From an uncultured Nitrososphaerota archaeon (GTDB lineage Archaea > Korarchaeota > Korarchaeia > Korarchaeales > Korarchaeaceae), in assembly GCA_964618805.1 (NCBI GenBank), contig CAZUBM010000003.1:1-64000 (forward strand): a DNA stretch of 64,000 bases. The letters are read 5' to 3'. The translations under genes and the position numbers were made by a program. Numbering within the stretch: position 1 is the stretch's first letter; the number at the start of each line of letters is the position of its first letter. Below the pieces are notes generated by a model. The model ran no database searches. It worked only from the letters and a program-made list of their open reading frames with translations, and was not told the origin of the DNA. Below are positions 26,979 to 36,827 of the stretch, one piece after another.

Positions 26979-27588
26979 GTGTAACTAGGAATGAAAGTAT
27001 TGCTGATAGCAGTGAAAGCGTGAGAATCCAGGAGAATAATGGCATCCTTCTAATCTCAGAGACTGCAGATACGTTTTCTGCTTCTGAAACTGTTGGATGC
27101 AATGGTGGAGCTTGAAATGGGCCCTTTTCACGTAAGCCACTCACCTCGGGTGTCATAAGAGGTCCAAAATAAGCCCAGCCCCAAGCTAAACAGACTGCTA
27201 TGAGAATAACAGGTATTATAGGCCTTGCTGCTAACCATAAAGTTTTACTGGTCCCTTCCAGCCAATTTCGTAGGGATTTAATGGTTTTCTCTTTATTTCC
27301 AGCCGATAGAATTATAGATGTTGCTACAAGGGAATAAAGCTTCCTTCTACCCCTCTTACCAGCCGTGATTTCCTCTATTTTAATAATTCCTGCTTTTTCT
27401 AGCCTTTTTATGTGAAAAAGGACGGTATTCACCGGAATTTCTAACTGTTCAGCGAGCATTCCAGCGCTTTGAGGTCCTTTAGCTAGCATCATGAGTATTT
27501 TTCTACCTGTCTCATTTGCGAGCTCGGAACCAAGAGCAGATATAGCTGAACTGTTGAGATCTAACAATAAGGGCTCGTCTTTCATCAA
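26950..27588 (-). CDS. ArsR-type wHTH regulator with two C-terminal TM helices
   Basis: LANETGRKIL..L, V.FHIKRLEKAGII and GRRRKLY; two hydrophobic segments. Confidence 0.85.
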   Translation of the reverse strand: MMKDEPLLLDLNSSAISALGSELANETGRKILMMLAKGPQSAGMLAEQLEIPVNTVLFHIKRLEKAGIIKIEEITAGKRGRRKLYSLVATSIILSAGNKEKTIKSLRNWLEGTSKTLWLAARPIIPVILIAVCLAWGWAYFGPLMTPEVSGLREKGPFQAPPLHPTVSEAENVSAVSEIRRMPLFSWILTLSLLSAILSFLVTLILLRRRSR

Positions 27589-27630
27589 ACTATTAAATTT
27601 CGAGGCTCTTAAAAAAGGATATGATTTACT

Positions 27631-28269
27631 TCAATCACTGTTGAACTTTTTGAGTATGACCTTAGCGACTTTTATAAGATCCTTCTCTCTGATTGTGACG
27701 TCTGCTAGCTTTTCAAGTTCTCTATTAGATGGTAAAAATGCTATCTTATAAACTTCAGGAAGTTTAAACATTTCTAGATCGTTTTCAGAGTCTCCAACAA
27801 CTATGATGCGATTTAGTGGAATTGAGAACCTTTCACTTAGCTCAATGACTTTTCTACCCTTATCATGATAACCTACCCTCGTCTTCCAACCCACTACGAT
27901 GTTGTTCCTCAGTTCAAGTTCATTTGCCTCATAGAAATCGAGAGAAACTTCCTTAAGGACCTGATCCAGAACAACATTGAGGCCTGCGCTTACTACTCCA
28001 ACGATAAAACCATTGGATCTCAGAAGGTTAACAGCATCTCTCGCTCCTTTCATCAATCTAACTCCTTTAAGTACTGAAAGAGCTGGAGAAAAATCCCTTC
28101 CTATCCAAGTACTTATGTCAAGCTCAGCCCATCGATCATAGTCTATTGTGCCATCCCGATACATTCTCTCATAATCTCTTGCCTGATCCTTAGTTCCCAT
28201 TGCCTCATGAATTAGCCACCAAGAGCTCTTAGTTTCTATTAGAGTCCCATCCATATCAAAAACTACCAT
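27631..28269 (-). CDS. serB: Phosphoserine phosphatase-like HAD (SerB family)
   Basis: FDMDGTL, SSW..IH, VVSAG, K and VGDSENDLEMF; directly downstream of serS. Confidence 0.8.
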   Translation of the reverse strand: MVVFDMDGTLIETKSSWWLIHEAMGTKDQARDYERMYRDGTIDYDRWAELDISTWIGRDFSPALSVLKGVRLMKGARDAVNLLRSNGFIVGVVSAGLNVVLDQVLKEVSLDFYEANELELRNNIVVGWKTRVGYHDKGRKVIELSERFSIPLNRIIVVGDSENDLEMFKLPEVYKIAFLPSNRELEKLADVTIREKDLIKVAKVILKKFNSD

Positions 28270-28279
28270 TCCTTTTCGT

Positions 28280-29854
28280 CTATGGCCAAGTGATGAGTTT
28301 TGGTATTTTTGGAATATACGCTCTTTCATATCTCTCCCTCACTTCTCTTGGCCACTTTTCTGTTTCAAAGCCATGTCTTGCCAGAAAAGCGACTAGATAT
28401 CTGGTGAGGCCATAACCATTACAACCGGTCCAAACCTCGGTATTCGCCTTAATCTTGAAGCTATTGACATATTTCTTCTTGTGCACGTTTATTCCATTTA
28501 TCTCCAGCCATTCAGCCTCTTCTCTACTGCCTTTATATGGCAGATAAGCTTCTATATCTAGAGTAGGAACCTCTGGATATTTCTCCCCTGATATGTCGAC
28601 AAGCTTTTCCTTGGCTTGCTCCGTTGTCATGTAGAACGGAGCACCAACTGTCATTCTAACTTCAAGATCTAAGACTTTATCCAAGAACCTGAATGTCTTG
28701 TCGGCCAAGTCCCACCTTATATCTATAACCTGTTCTGGCGTACCTAACCAGACAGCTTCAAGTCTGAAGAATTCAACTGTCCTTAATAATCCCTCTACTC
28801 CGCCTCCTTCCCATCTGTAAGTCCAGCCTGATGCGTCATAAACTTTTACGGGTAAGATCTCCTCTGGAGCTATCTCCCCGCTAAAGAATTGGTAAAAGGG
28901 CTCGCATTGAGCTGCTGCTAAGATATGAGTAGGTCCCTCTAACTCCTTCCTAACAAGAGATGGATCTGCCTTCTTTTTCAACCTAGCCTCAAGTTTGAAC
29001 TCCTTTAATGCCTCCGGATCCCTTCCTGCATGACAGACATACATCAAGCCCTCTGCCAAATGCTCAAAGTACCCTGGCATTCTCTCATAGACGTCCCAAG
29101 GGATCAATTTAGGGAACATCCACTCCTGAAAGCCTAAAGGAATCAGGATGTGATCCTCTATCATTTCCTTCAGGACCCTAAGAAGTCTTGCCATAGGCGA
29201 AGTTATCACCCATTGTCCTCGGCCTGGAAATCGCTTTATCCAGCCCTTCTTAATGGCTAAATTGCTTGGATCAATTGGAGCTCCATTTTCAATAGCATAC
29301 GTTTTCTGAGGAGTCTCAGTTAGTACAGTTCCGACAGGTACTAACTTTCCCTTTGGAACCAGTACCCTCTTTGAGACTTCTGTTAGCTCTGTCAGTGCTC
29401 TATCTATTAAACGAGACTTTATGTCCTTTTCCTCCAAATCCTTAAAGACTATCACAAGTGGTTCCTCGCTAAGCACTTCTGCATAATCTCCTAGAATCCT
29501 ATTTACATCGATAGATTTTATTTTGACGTCTGTCTTTATCCTATACTCTTCTATTTTGAGATCCCTTATGCCCAACCTCCTCCTTGATAGCTCTGCTAGG
29601 AGGAGATTCTTCAGTCTAAGCATCGCATCATGAGGTCTTAGGTACCTGGTTCCTTCTATCTTGATCTTCAATGTATTCCCTTTAGCCTCCCAATTTACGA
29701 TTCTGCTTCCTTTCTTGCCTCTAGGAACCCCTTTGTTAAATTGTTCAGGAACTTTATGCTGGATTATTTCAGATATGGTGACTATATCCTCTTCCTCGAG
29801 GTTTCTGTTGAATCTCAGCCAGCCCTTCAATAGGAAGTCCATCTCTACTTCCAT
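28280..29854 (-). CDS. serS: Seryl-tRNA synthetase, type 2 (methanogen-type)
   Basis: R.HDA.LR, WIKRFPGRGQW, AQCEPFY, SGWTYRWEGGG..GL.R..EF.R.E.VW.G and WTGC.G.G.TR. Confidence 0.92.
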   Translation of the reverse strand: MEVEMDFLLKGWLRFNRNLEEEDIVTISEIIQHKVPEQFNKGVPRGKKGSRIVNWEAKGNTLKIKIEGTRYLRPHDAMLRLKNLLLAELSRRRLGIRDLKIEEYRIKTDVKIKSIDVNRILGDYAEVLSEEPLVIVFKDLEEKDIKSRLIDRALTELTEVSKRVLVPKGKLVPVGTVLTETPQKTYAIENGAPIDPSNLAIKKGWIKRFPGRGQWVITSPMARLLRVLKEMIEDHILIPLGFQEWMFPKLIPWDVYERMPGYFEHLAEGLMYVCHAGRDPEALKEFKLEARLKKKADPSLVRKELEGPTHILAAAQCEPFYQFFSGEIAPEEILPVKVYDASGWTYRWEGGGVEGLLRTVEFFRLEAVWLGTPEQVIDIRWDLADKTFRFLDKVLDLEVRMTVGAPFYMTTEQAKEKLVDISGEKYPEVPTLDIEAYLPYKGSREEAEWLEINGINVHKKKYVNSFKIKANTEVWTGCNGYGLTRYLVAFLARHGFETEKWPREVRERYERAYIPKIPKLITWP

Positions 29855-29969
29855 CCTCTAGCCTACAAATAAAGATGAAGGAATTGGTTCTCCTATGAAG
29901 ATCAGGTTTCACGAGCCTTGTGAGAATCATGGAGATTGTTAGTTTTTAAAATCCTGTCAGCTTATCTAA

Positions 29970-31106
29970 TTGTTGCCATCAGTTTTATACATTGGAGACG
30001 CCTGCTACAAACATATCCAGCGCTGGATGTTGTCCTTCGCTGATTTAGGATGGAATGTCTCAGTAATAACGAGAAAAACATATGAGCTCAACTCTGAATT
30101 TCTTAAGACCCATAATATAAGGCAATACGTAATTCCAAGGCCCTATGGATCGCAGATCATGTACGGCCTTCTATCCCTAGTCTTTCCTATGTATTTTAGA
30201 AAAGTTGTTCAGGAAGTCAAACCTGACCTGATACATGTCCATAGCATTTTATATGCCATGATCTCTGCTTTTTCAGAATTTCATCCCAAGATAGTAACTG
30301 TTTGGGGATATTATCATATCATAAAAAGTTGGATCGTTAAGAGGTGGCTTGAGCGCAGATCCTTAAAATCGGCGGATATTATTACAGTTAATTCTCCCAG
30401 TTTAGCCAAGAAAATAAGCGAAGTTTACGGAATTTCGCCAGAAAAAATCCTTTTTCTTTTTTGGGGAGTTAATTTGAATACATTTAAGCGAGGCTACAAG
30501 AATGAAATGGAAAGGTTAAGGAAGGAGTTAGATCTAGAATGGGCTGAAACTATATTTCTGAGCCCCAGGGCAACCACGCCTCATTATAACATAGATGTGA
30601 TAATAAAGGCTTTTTCTAATCTAGTAGCTGAGAGCGAGAGAGCTGCGTTGATAATTCTAAAAGGGACAGGAAAGGATGAATATGTAAATAAAATCGTAAG
30701 GCTTGCGAAGAAGCTTAAAGTTCATTCTAGAATTAGGGTTATTGATAGGTTCTTATCGGAGAAGGAGATGGCAATAATGTTCAATTTATGCGATGCATTT
30801 ATTTCAATACCGAACACGGATCAGATCGCATTTACTGTCGTAGAAGGCATGGCTTGTGGTTCTGTGCCGATAATAAGTGACTTGCCTGACTATGATGGAA
30901 TAATAGATCACGGAGTTGGGGGGTTTAGAGTTAGACCTAGGGATGTGGACTCTTTAACCACATTTATGGAGATGATAGTAAGAGATAAATCTATTAGAGA
31001 GGCTATTTCCTCAAAAAACATAAAGCTAGTTAAGGAATTTGCCGATCGAGAAAGGAATCTCAAGAGAATGTATGAACTGTACGAGTCATTAGTTTTAGAG
31101 GAATGA
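29970..31106 (+). CDS. Glycosyltransferase family 4
   Basis: KPDLIHVH, TVWG, WGVN...F and VVEGMACG.VPI.SD. Confidence 0.9.
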   Translation: MLPSVLYIGDACYKHIQRWMLSFADLGWNVSVITRKTYELNSEFLKTHNIRQYVIPRPYGSQIMYGLLSLVFPMYFRKVVQEVKPDLIHVHSILYAMISAFSEFHPKIVTVWGYYHIIKSWIVKRWLERRSLKSADIITVNSPSLAKKISEVYGISPEKILFLFWGVNLNTFKRGYKNEMERLRKELDLEWAETIFLSPRATTPHYNIDVIIKAFSNLVAESERAALIILKGTGKDEYVNKIVRLAKKLKVHSRIRVIDRFLSEKEMAIMFNLCDAFISIPNTDQIAFTVVEGMACGSVPIISDLPDYDGIIDHGVGGFRVRPRDVDSLTTFMEMIVRDKSIREAISSKNIKLVKEFADRERNLKRMYELYESLVLEE

Positions 31107-31193
31107 TGTTCTAACCATCATCAATAAAAAGGCGCTTTGGAGAGATTTCGGATCTACTTTTTCTAAGCCCTTTAAATCCTTTTGTAGTTTTAT

Positions 31194-31589
31194 CTAAGAT
31201 AACTTTTTACTCCTACTTCTCACATTAACGAATTCATCAAAGGAAATCCCATCGTTCTTACTCACACGAAAAGATCTTCGAGCCTTAACAAGATCTTCCA
31301 GTTCAACAACTCTGGGCCTCTGCCTGTAAAATGAGAATATAATTACGGGTGTAGCATCAAAAATGCTAGCTAGCTCGGCCAATTTCCTTATCTCGTCTTC
31401 AGGCAGGTAGATAGCGGATTCCTCCTTTCTAGTAATGTTCTTGCACTCAGCAATAAATTTCTCATCTCCCAACTTAAAGAACAGATCTGCTGGTTTTGAT
31501 CCGGCAAATCTTATGACAGGAATGCCTTTTTCCTCGAGAAATCTTTTAATTGAGTATTCTAGGCCATAACCCTTCCTATAACTGCTCAT
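31194..31589 (-). CDS. Hjc-like PD-(D/E)xK nuclease (Holliday-junction resolvase family)
   Basis: YRKGY.LE, R.AGS.PADL, IAECK and IYLP.DEI.KL. Confidence 0.8.
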   Translation of the reverse strand: MSSYRKGYGLEYSIKRFLEEKGIPVIRFAGSKPADLFFKLGDEKFIAECKNITRKEESAIYLPEDEIRKLAELASIFDATPVIIFSFYRQRPRVVELEDLVKARRSFRVSKNDGISFDEFVNVRSRSKKLS

Positions 31590-31599
31590 TTCAGATCAT

Positions 31600-32820
31600 C
31601 TACTCTAAAATAAATCTCCTTATAGTAATTGGTCTCCCTGAAATATAGAGACCTTCCCTTTCAGAAAGTTTGTGCACTTCATCCAGAATTTTCCTATCCA
31701 TCGACCTTAAAACATCTGCTAATGGTCTATTTGCGGCCAAATTTATTGGATGAAGCAAGATTATGGAGGAAAAGCATCCTACAGCTGAAGGATCGACTTC
31801 ATATGTGGTGCTAATGAGGGCTCCTTTAGAAGAAAGTGATTCTAAGAGTTGGAGAATGAGGTCCTTGCTCTCTCCCCTAAGGATCTCTCTTTGTAGAGAT
31901 CTAAATAAAGAGGCTACGACTACAAAATCCCTATAGTCCAGCGCAGAAACTTGTAAAAGCACGAGGAGTGTTGCGAGTTCTTTTGAGAACTCGCTTTCAA
32001 GATCCGTTAGATCTATGATCAAAGGTCCAAGCTTAGGTAAGAGATCTGGAAGTAGAAATCTTTCTGGGCCAACTATTTGTTTAATTGCCAACCTGAAAGA
32101 CTCTGGTGTCGTCTGATCCTTAAGTAGGATATCCCATCTTCCTTTACTAGCAGCTGCCACAATCATTGAAGGAATCGCGCCTGTTAGATTCGACAATATG
32201 CTAGCTAGAATAACAGGAAATGATTCACCAAGTCTTCCAGGGTAGAGGAATTCTATTTCATCAGGTTTTGCTATTCTAAATGGAATCTTCTTTTCCTCTA
32301 AAAGCTTAATGGATCTTCCATCTCTATCAATAATTACCAAGCGGTAGAGAGATCTTATTAGATAAATCGATAGCTTCGCCAATGCTTCTTCAGCTTCAGA
32401 TGGAGAGGCTCTAATAACTATTAGACTTGGTATTTCTCTTATGAAAGGCGTCGTTGGTTGTTCCTTTATTTCTTCTTGCTTCAATTCTTTCTTACTGAGA
32501 ACAATCCCTTGAAAGTAAAAGGATTCTGATATTGTTGGGAGTATGATTGCCACAAGAACTCCTAAAAGGGGGGAAATAAGGTAAGCGATAAAGAATGAGA
32601 TTAGCAAAATGAGAACGGTTGGCTTTGGTCTTTCTAGAGGATTATACTTAGCTGCATATACCCCCAATAAGAGTCCAAAGACGACAGCTAATAGGGGAGA
32701 TATTCTAGGATTCTCCATTCTTTCTGCCTCAATTGCAAATATGAGAGCTAGAACTAGGAGCAGGATTAATATCATCTTCTTCAAGTTCGGTGCCCCCTCT
32801 TGTGAAAATTGATCGTTCAA
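31600..32820 (-). CDS. Membrane protein with degenerate HerA/VirB4-like C-terminal region
   Basis: 3-4 N-terminal TM helices, then LVIIDRDG, LIIDLTDL and ...KLSEREGL echoing HerA-type segments. No intact Walker A. Confidence 0.45.
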   Translation of the reverse strand: MNDQFSQEGAPNLKKMILILLLVLALIFAIEAERMENPRISPLLAVVFGLLLGVYAAKYNPLERPKPTVLILLISFFIAYLISPLLGVLVAIILPTISESFYFQGIVLSKKELKQEEIKEQPTTPFIREIPSLIVIRASPSEAEEALAKLSIYLIRSLYRLVIIDRDGRSIKLLEEKKIPFRIAKPDEIEFLYPGRLGESFPVILASILSNLTGAIPSMIVAAASKGRWDILLKDQTTPESFRLAIKQIVGPERFLLPDLLPKLGPLIIDLTDLESEFSKELATLLVLLQVSALDYRDFVVVASLFRSLQREILRGESKDLILQLLESLSSKGALISTTYEVDPSAVGCFSSIILLHPINLAANRPLADVLRSMDRKILDEVHKLSEREGLYISGRPITIRRFILE

Positions 32821-33479
32821 AGCTGATAAAATTCCTTAACTAGTAGAGATATTAGCCTTTTAGGTAGGAAAACCGGCCTTTTTGTATACATCCTAATCAA
32901 GTGCTCGTGCTCCAGTCTGTAACCCATACAGTCCATAACTATCAGATCTCGGTCTGCCAGACGTTTTAACTTCTGAGTAGGAGGTTTATTGCTTAGATAA
33001 GGGGACATTGTCACGATTCTAATGTCTTCAACGAACTTCCTCCACACACCTTCTATTTGACTCTTCTGACTTTTTAGTGGGATAATAAGGCCCAATTTTC
33101 CCTCTTTAGATAAAATAGACCCCACTGAGTTTCTCATAATCCTCCCGGGTTGAATCAAAGGTATTGGAGTAGAAGAGAGTTTAAAGGTGCCAGTACATAG
33201 GAGGATAGCAATTTCTGCCCCGGCTAGTTTGAGACGATTTATCGCCTCACTGAGCAATGGACATAATTTTTTCTTTCCCATTATGACCTGCTGTCCGCTT
33301 CTTAACCTCGAGACCAAAACTTCATCCCCTTCTTCAGGTCTTAGCTTCGCTATGTGCTCAGCCGATAAGCCATCAAGAGCTCCTGCCTCTATCTTCCTTA
33401 TATCAGGAAATTGAGGCAATATTTCCTCAAGGATATCGTGTCTAGGGCTTTGACCTATTGTAAGGAAACCTACTTTCAA
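32817..33479 (-). CDS. AroM-family protein
   Basis: TIGQSPRHD, EAGALDG, LVSRLR.G, LLCTG.F and VMDCMGY. Confidence 0.9.
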   Translation of the reverse strand: MKVGFLTIGQSPRHDILEEILPQFPDIRKIEAGALDGLSAEHIAKLRPEEGDEVLVSRLRSGQQVIMGKKKLCPLLSEAINRLKLAGAEIAILLCTGTFKLSSTPIPLIQPGRIMRNSVGSILSKEGKLGLIIPLKSQKSQIEGVWRKFVEDIRIVTMSPYLSNKPPTQKLKRLADRDLIVMDCMGYRLEHEHLIRMYTKRPVFLPKRLISLLVKEFYQL

Positions 33480-33563
33480 ATGAATCCCTCATTAAGGAAT
33501 CTTTATTTCAAAAAACTTTCCTAGTGCAAAGTTTGTATTGCCTTAACAGCATGATGTGCGTCT

Positions 33564-34136
33564 TTATTGAAGGTTTAACCTTCTAGCTGCTGGACAGGGC
33601 AGAGGCCTCCCAAAAATCGAGCTTCTTAAAAATGATACGCAATCTTTGTAGCCGCAAAGGCCACAGTCCGTCCAAAGAGGGAAATATGGTGCTTTATCAA
33701 GCAAGAGTTCTGGGATCTCTTCAGGAGGATAGAAAGAGATGTTTTTGATGTTAAGGCTCTTTTGAAGAGATGTCAGTCCGATGGTCCATTCATCTATCAG
33801 TTTCAACGCTTCCTCTTCATTCCTTGCCACTACTATCCTAGGAAGAGGTTGCCTTTTGAAACCCTCTAATAGGAGGAAATCACAACTTAATATAGTTGAG
33901 AGATCTTTAAGCCTCAGCCTTCTATCGAAGACAGTTAACGAGATTTCTGGGCCAAGAACAACAACTACTTTTGCGCCTGATTTTATGAACCGGGCCTCAT
34001 GTTTCTTAATCTCTATTTCCTCTGCGCTCTTAACCACACAAGTTTTTAAACCTCTCTTAGAGAAGTCCTTTATTATCTGAGAAATTAAACTGCTCTTTCC
34101 TGATCCAGAAAACCCAGATATGGTTATGAACCTCAT
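33564..34136 (-). CDS. mobB: MobB-like molybdopterin-guanine dinucleotide biosynthesis protein with C-terminal FeS motif
   Basis: GFSGSGKS, LEGFK and DCGLCGY.DC...CP. Confidence 0.8.
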   Translation of the reverse strand: MRFITISGFSGSGKSSLISQIIKDFSKRGLKTCVVKSAEEIEIKKHEARFIKSGAKVVVVLGPEISLTVFDRRLRLKDLSTILSCDFLLLEGFKRQPLPRIVVARNEEEALKLIDEWTIGLTSLQKSLNIKNISFYPPEEIPELLLDKAPYFPLWTDCGLCGYKDCVSFLRSSIFGRPLPCPAARRLNLQ

Positions 34137-34204
34137 ATCTTCAAGATCCTCTTAGCAAGAGGGTGCTTCATATAATAGAAAAAGTTTAAGGGAGGGATGT
34201 CTGT

Positions 34205-35908
34205 CTATTGAAGTTTTAGAAATGGAGCATATGTTTTTCTGTAAATCTCTGAAGAAGTTAGTGCCTCTACATTCCTCTTATATTTAATCGCATCTCCTAC
34301 CTTGTCCTTACCGAACATCTTGGCATAGTCTTCCAAAGATATAGAGTGATTTTTCATGATGTAGTCCCTGTAAATGTCTGGAAGAACGTTGTAGGTGCAG
34401 AACGGGATTATTCTACCATCAGGAGAGAGATAATGTATGTTACACCTCATCACCCTTTGAATGTCATAATTGTAAGTATCCATGAAGTGCATCATGCCAA
34501 GGAACAGGGACATATCATGGAACTTTCCTAGGGCATCATAATTTCTTCTTATGAAGATATCTGCAAGTAATCTTATGAGATTTAATCCTTTAGGCTGCTT
34601 CTTTCTATTTATGAAGCCTGGTAGCTTTGCTATAAGCTTGGCCAGTATCCACTTTTTGTTAGCTCCCGACTTCAATTCTTCCGTCTTCTCCTTCAAGTAT
34701 TCATACAAACTTGCTACATCAACGAAATCAGTAATTGGTATGAGTCTCTTCAATTTCTTCTGTCCATCAACTACTTCTAGCTCGGGGAAGACGTAGGTAG
34801 CAGCTCCACATGCAGGATGGTTTGAGAAACGTATTACTGGTTTTCCTGTCAAAGCCTCTATGAAGTCGCTCAAAACTGTTGAGAATGGAATTGGATACCA
34901 TGCATCCATTGGTATTTGCCCATTTGTCTGCTCTTCTATGGCTTTTATGACTTCAGGTATCGTTATGCGGATTTCTTTCCTCTTTTCCCTGGGAACCTGG
35001 CCTACTATGGAAACTGGTTGGAAGTTTACCCCTCTAATGACATCTAGATTTAAAGACGCGAATTCTATGATTCTTCCGAGCTCATGGTCGTTCCATCCCT
35101 TTATTACAGTAGGCACGAGAACTATACTCGTAGTCTTGGTTTTTCTTGCATTTTCCAAGATATATGGTATTTCCCAGTGATTCTTTACGTTTATTTTGGG
35201 ATCTACAGCATCAAAACTTAAGTATAGAGTGTTAACTCCTGCTTTCCTTAAGTCAGCCATCAGTTGTAGGTTATAGGCAAGCCTTATCCCGTTGGTGTTT
35301 AGTTGAACATGCGTTATTCCCTCTTCTCTTAATATCTTGACGATCTCAACGAGATCTTCTCTTAGCAGTGGTTCGCCTCCTGTTATTTGAACCGCATTTG
35401 GTATGACTGGGCGTTGACTTCTTAGAACTCTTATCATCTCTCTAATCTCCTCTATGGTTGGTTCATATACATATCCAGCTTTCTCTGCATAGAAGAAGCA
35501 GTACCAGCACGAGAAATCACATCTATTTGTTACAACCAGATTAGCAAGGGCAGTTGAGTTTCTATGCATGGAGCATAGACCGCAACTGAATGGACATGGG
35601 GCCCTAGCTTCTACATTTTTAGAGACCCTAACTCCTACAGTTTCGTATCTCAGGGCTCGTCGCAAATACTCAGCATCTGCCCAATAAGATTCTTCGATTT
35701 CACCGTGATCAGGGCAGATTCTTCTTATGAAAGCCTTTCCTTCCCTCTCAAATATAATGGCTGGTAACAGTCTGTAACATATGGGGCATATTGATGCCGT
35801 CTTTCTAATCAGCTGCTCTCCTTCCCTTAATTTTGGGAAAGGACCACCTATCTTGATGGATTTACCGCTAACTATTATCAGGGGCTCTGCAGACTGTTCT
35901 TGTTCCAT
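34205..35908 (-). CDS. tes: Tetraether lipid synthase (radical SAM)
   Basis: SICPIC...CPDHG, CPFSCGLC..H, TNRCDFSCWYC, VNFQPVS, HPACG.ATY, MMHFMD.YNYD..RV.RC.IHY and IPFC. Confidence 0.9.
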   Translation of the reverse strand: MEQEQSAEPLIIVSGKSIKIGGPFPKLREGEQLIRKTASICPICYRLLPAIIFEREGKAFIRRICPDHGEIEESYWADAEYLRRALRYETVGVRVSKNVEARAPCPFSCGLCSMHRNSTALANLVVTNRCDFSCWYCFFYAEKAGYVYEPTIEEIREMIRVLRSQRPVIPNAVQITGGEPLLREDLVEIVKILREEGITHVQLNTNGIRLAYNLQLMADLRKAGVNTLYLSFDAVDPKINVKNHWEIPYILENARKTKTTSIVLVPTVIKGWNDHELGRIIEFASLNLDVIRGVNFQPVSIVGQVPREKRKEIRITIPEVIKAIEEQTNGQIPMDAWYPIPFSTVLSDFIEALTGKPVIRFSNHPACGAATYVFPELEVVDGQKKLKRLIPITDFVDVASLYEYLKEKTEELKSGANKKWILAKLIAKLPGFINRKKQPKGLNLIRLLADIFIRRNYDALGKFHDMSLFLGMMHFMDTYNYDIQRVMRCNIHYLSPDGRIIPFCTYNVLPDIYRDYIMKNHSISLEDYAKMFGKDKVGDAIKYKRNVEALTSSEIYRKTYAPFLKLQ

Positions 35909-36045
35909 ATTTAGACCCCCATCAAACCTTGGAAGATTAACACTGTGCTTCTATAAAAAAGTAGAACATTTTTACATTGGAAATATTCAATTCAGCAATG
36001 CTGCTTAGATTTTAAGGCATTCAAATGAGAAGGGAGTTGGTTTGA

Positions 36046-36771
36046 TTGATTAAGCAAGAAGATATCCGATTAATGGCGCTAGCACTTCAATTGGCTCTTG
36101 GATTGAAATCAGAGGAGTTACCAGCTATTGAGGATTTGGAGAAAGAAAGACAGGATTTATCAGCGGTTTTTGAAAAGAAAAGTTTTAAGGACGCGTTCTC
36201 AAGTATAACGGTTCGATCTCTCAGGAAATGGCTTGCTATCATACTGATAGCTGCCCAGGTCGATTTCAAAACACTTTCAGCGATGGCCTCTGGTACAAAG
36301 GAGGAAAAGATCCTTGCTGCCTGTGCTTCTTTCCTGAGGAAGGATCCCTCCTTGTTACCCCTCTTCAGATCAATAATTGAGGAATCTGATGAAGATCTAT
36401 TCCTGGCAACCCTTCTCCTATTGATGAGCGCTGTTCAGGAGTATTCAAATGGCAAGTTGATAGATGAGATTGAGAAGTGGCTTGAATGGCCTGATGTGCA
36501 GGTGAGGATTTCAGCTGTAAAGCTCTTGTCGAATCTCGGATCTAGAATGCCAGATTTCTCAGAAAAGGTTTTAGAGGACCTTTTAGAAGCCTTCGAGAAG
36601 GATCCAAACAAGAGGGTGAGGGAGTCGATAGCAACTCAACTTGGGATTCTAGCGATGGAGAATCCCTCTCTCAAAAGTAGATCTTATTCCGCTCTTCTAT
36701 CAATGTTTAGGAAGGAAAGGTCTGCAAAAGTAAGAAAGGCTATCTTAGATTCTTTGCTGACTCTGACCTAA
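36046..36771 (+). CDS. HEAT-repeat protein
   Basis: Repeats PDVQVRISAV, DPNKRVRESIA and ERSAKVRKAI. Confidence 0.75.
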   Translation: MIKQEDIRLMALALQLALGLKSEELPAIEDLEKERQDLSAVFEKKSFKDAFSSITVRSLRKWLAIILIAAQVDFKTLSAMASGTKEEKILAACASFLRKDPSLLPLFRSIIEESDEDLFLATLLLLMSAVQEYSNGKLIDEIEKWLEWPDVQVRISAVKLLSNLGSRMPDFSEKVLEDLLEAFEKDPNKRVRESIATQLGILAMENPSLKSRSYSALLSMFRKERSAKVRKAILDSLLTLT

Positions 36772-36827
36772 AATAAGCACTAATGTGGAAACTTAATATT
36801 TTTGAAAATAGGGAAATTGCAATCGGG

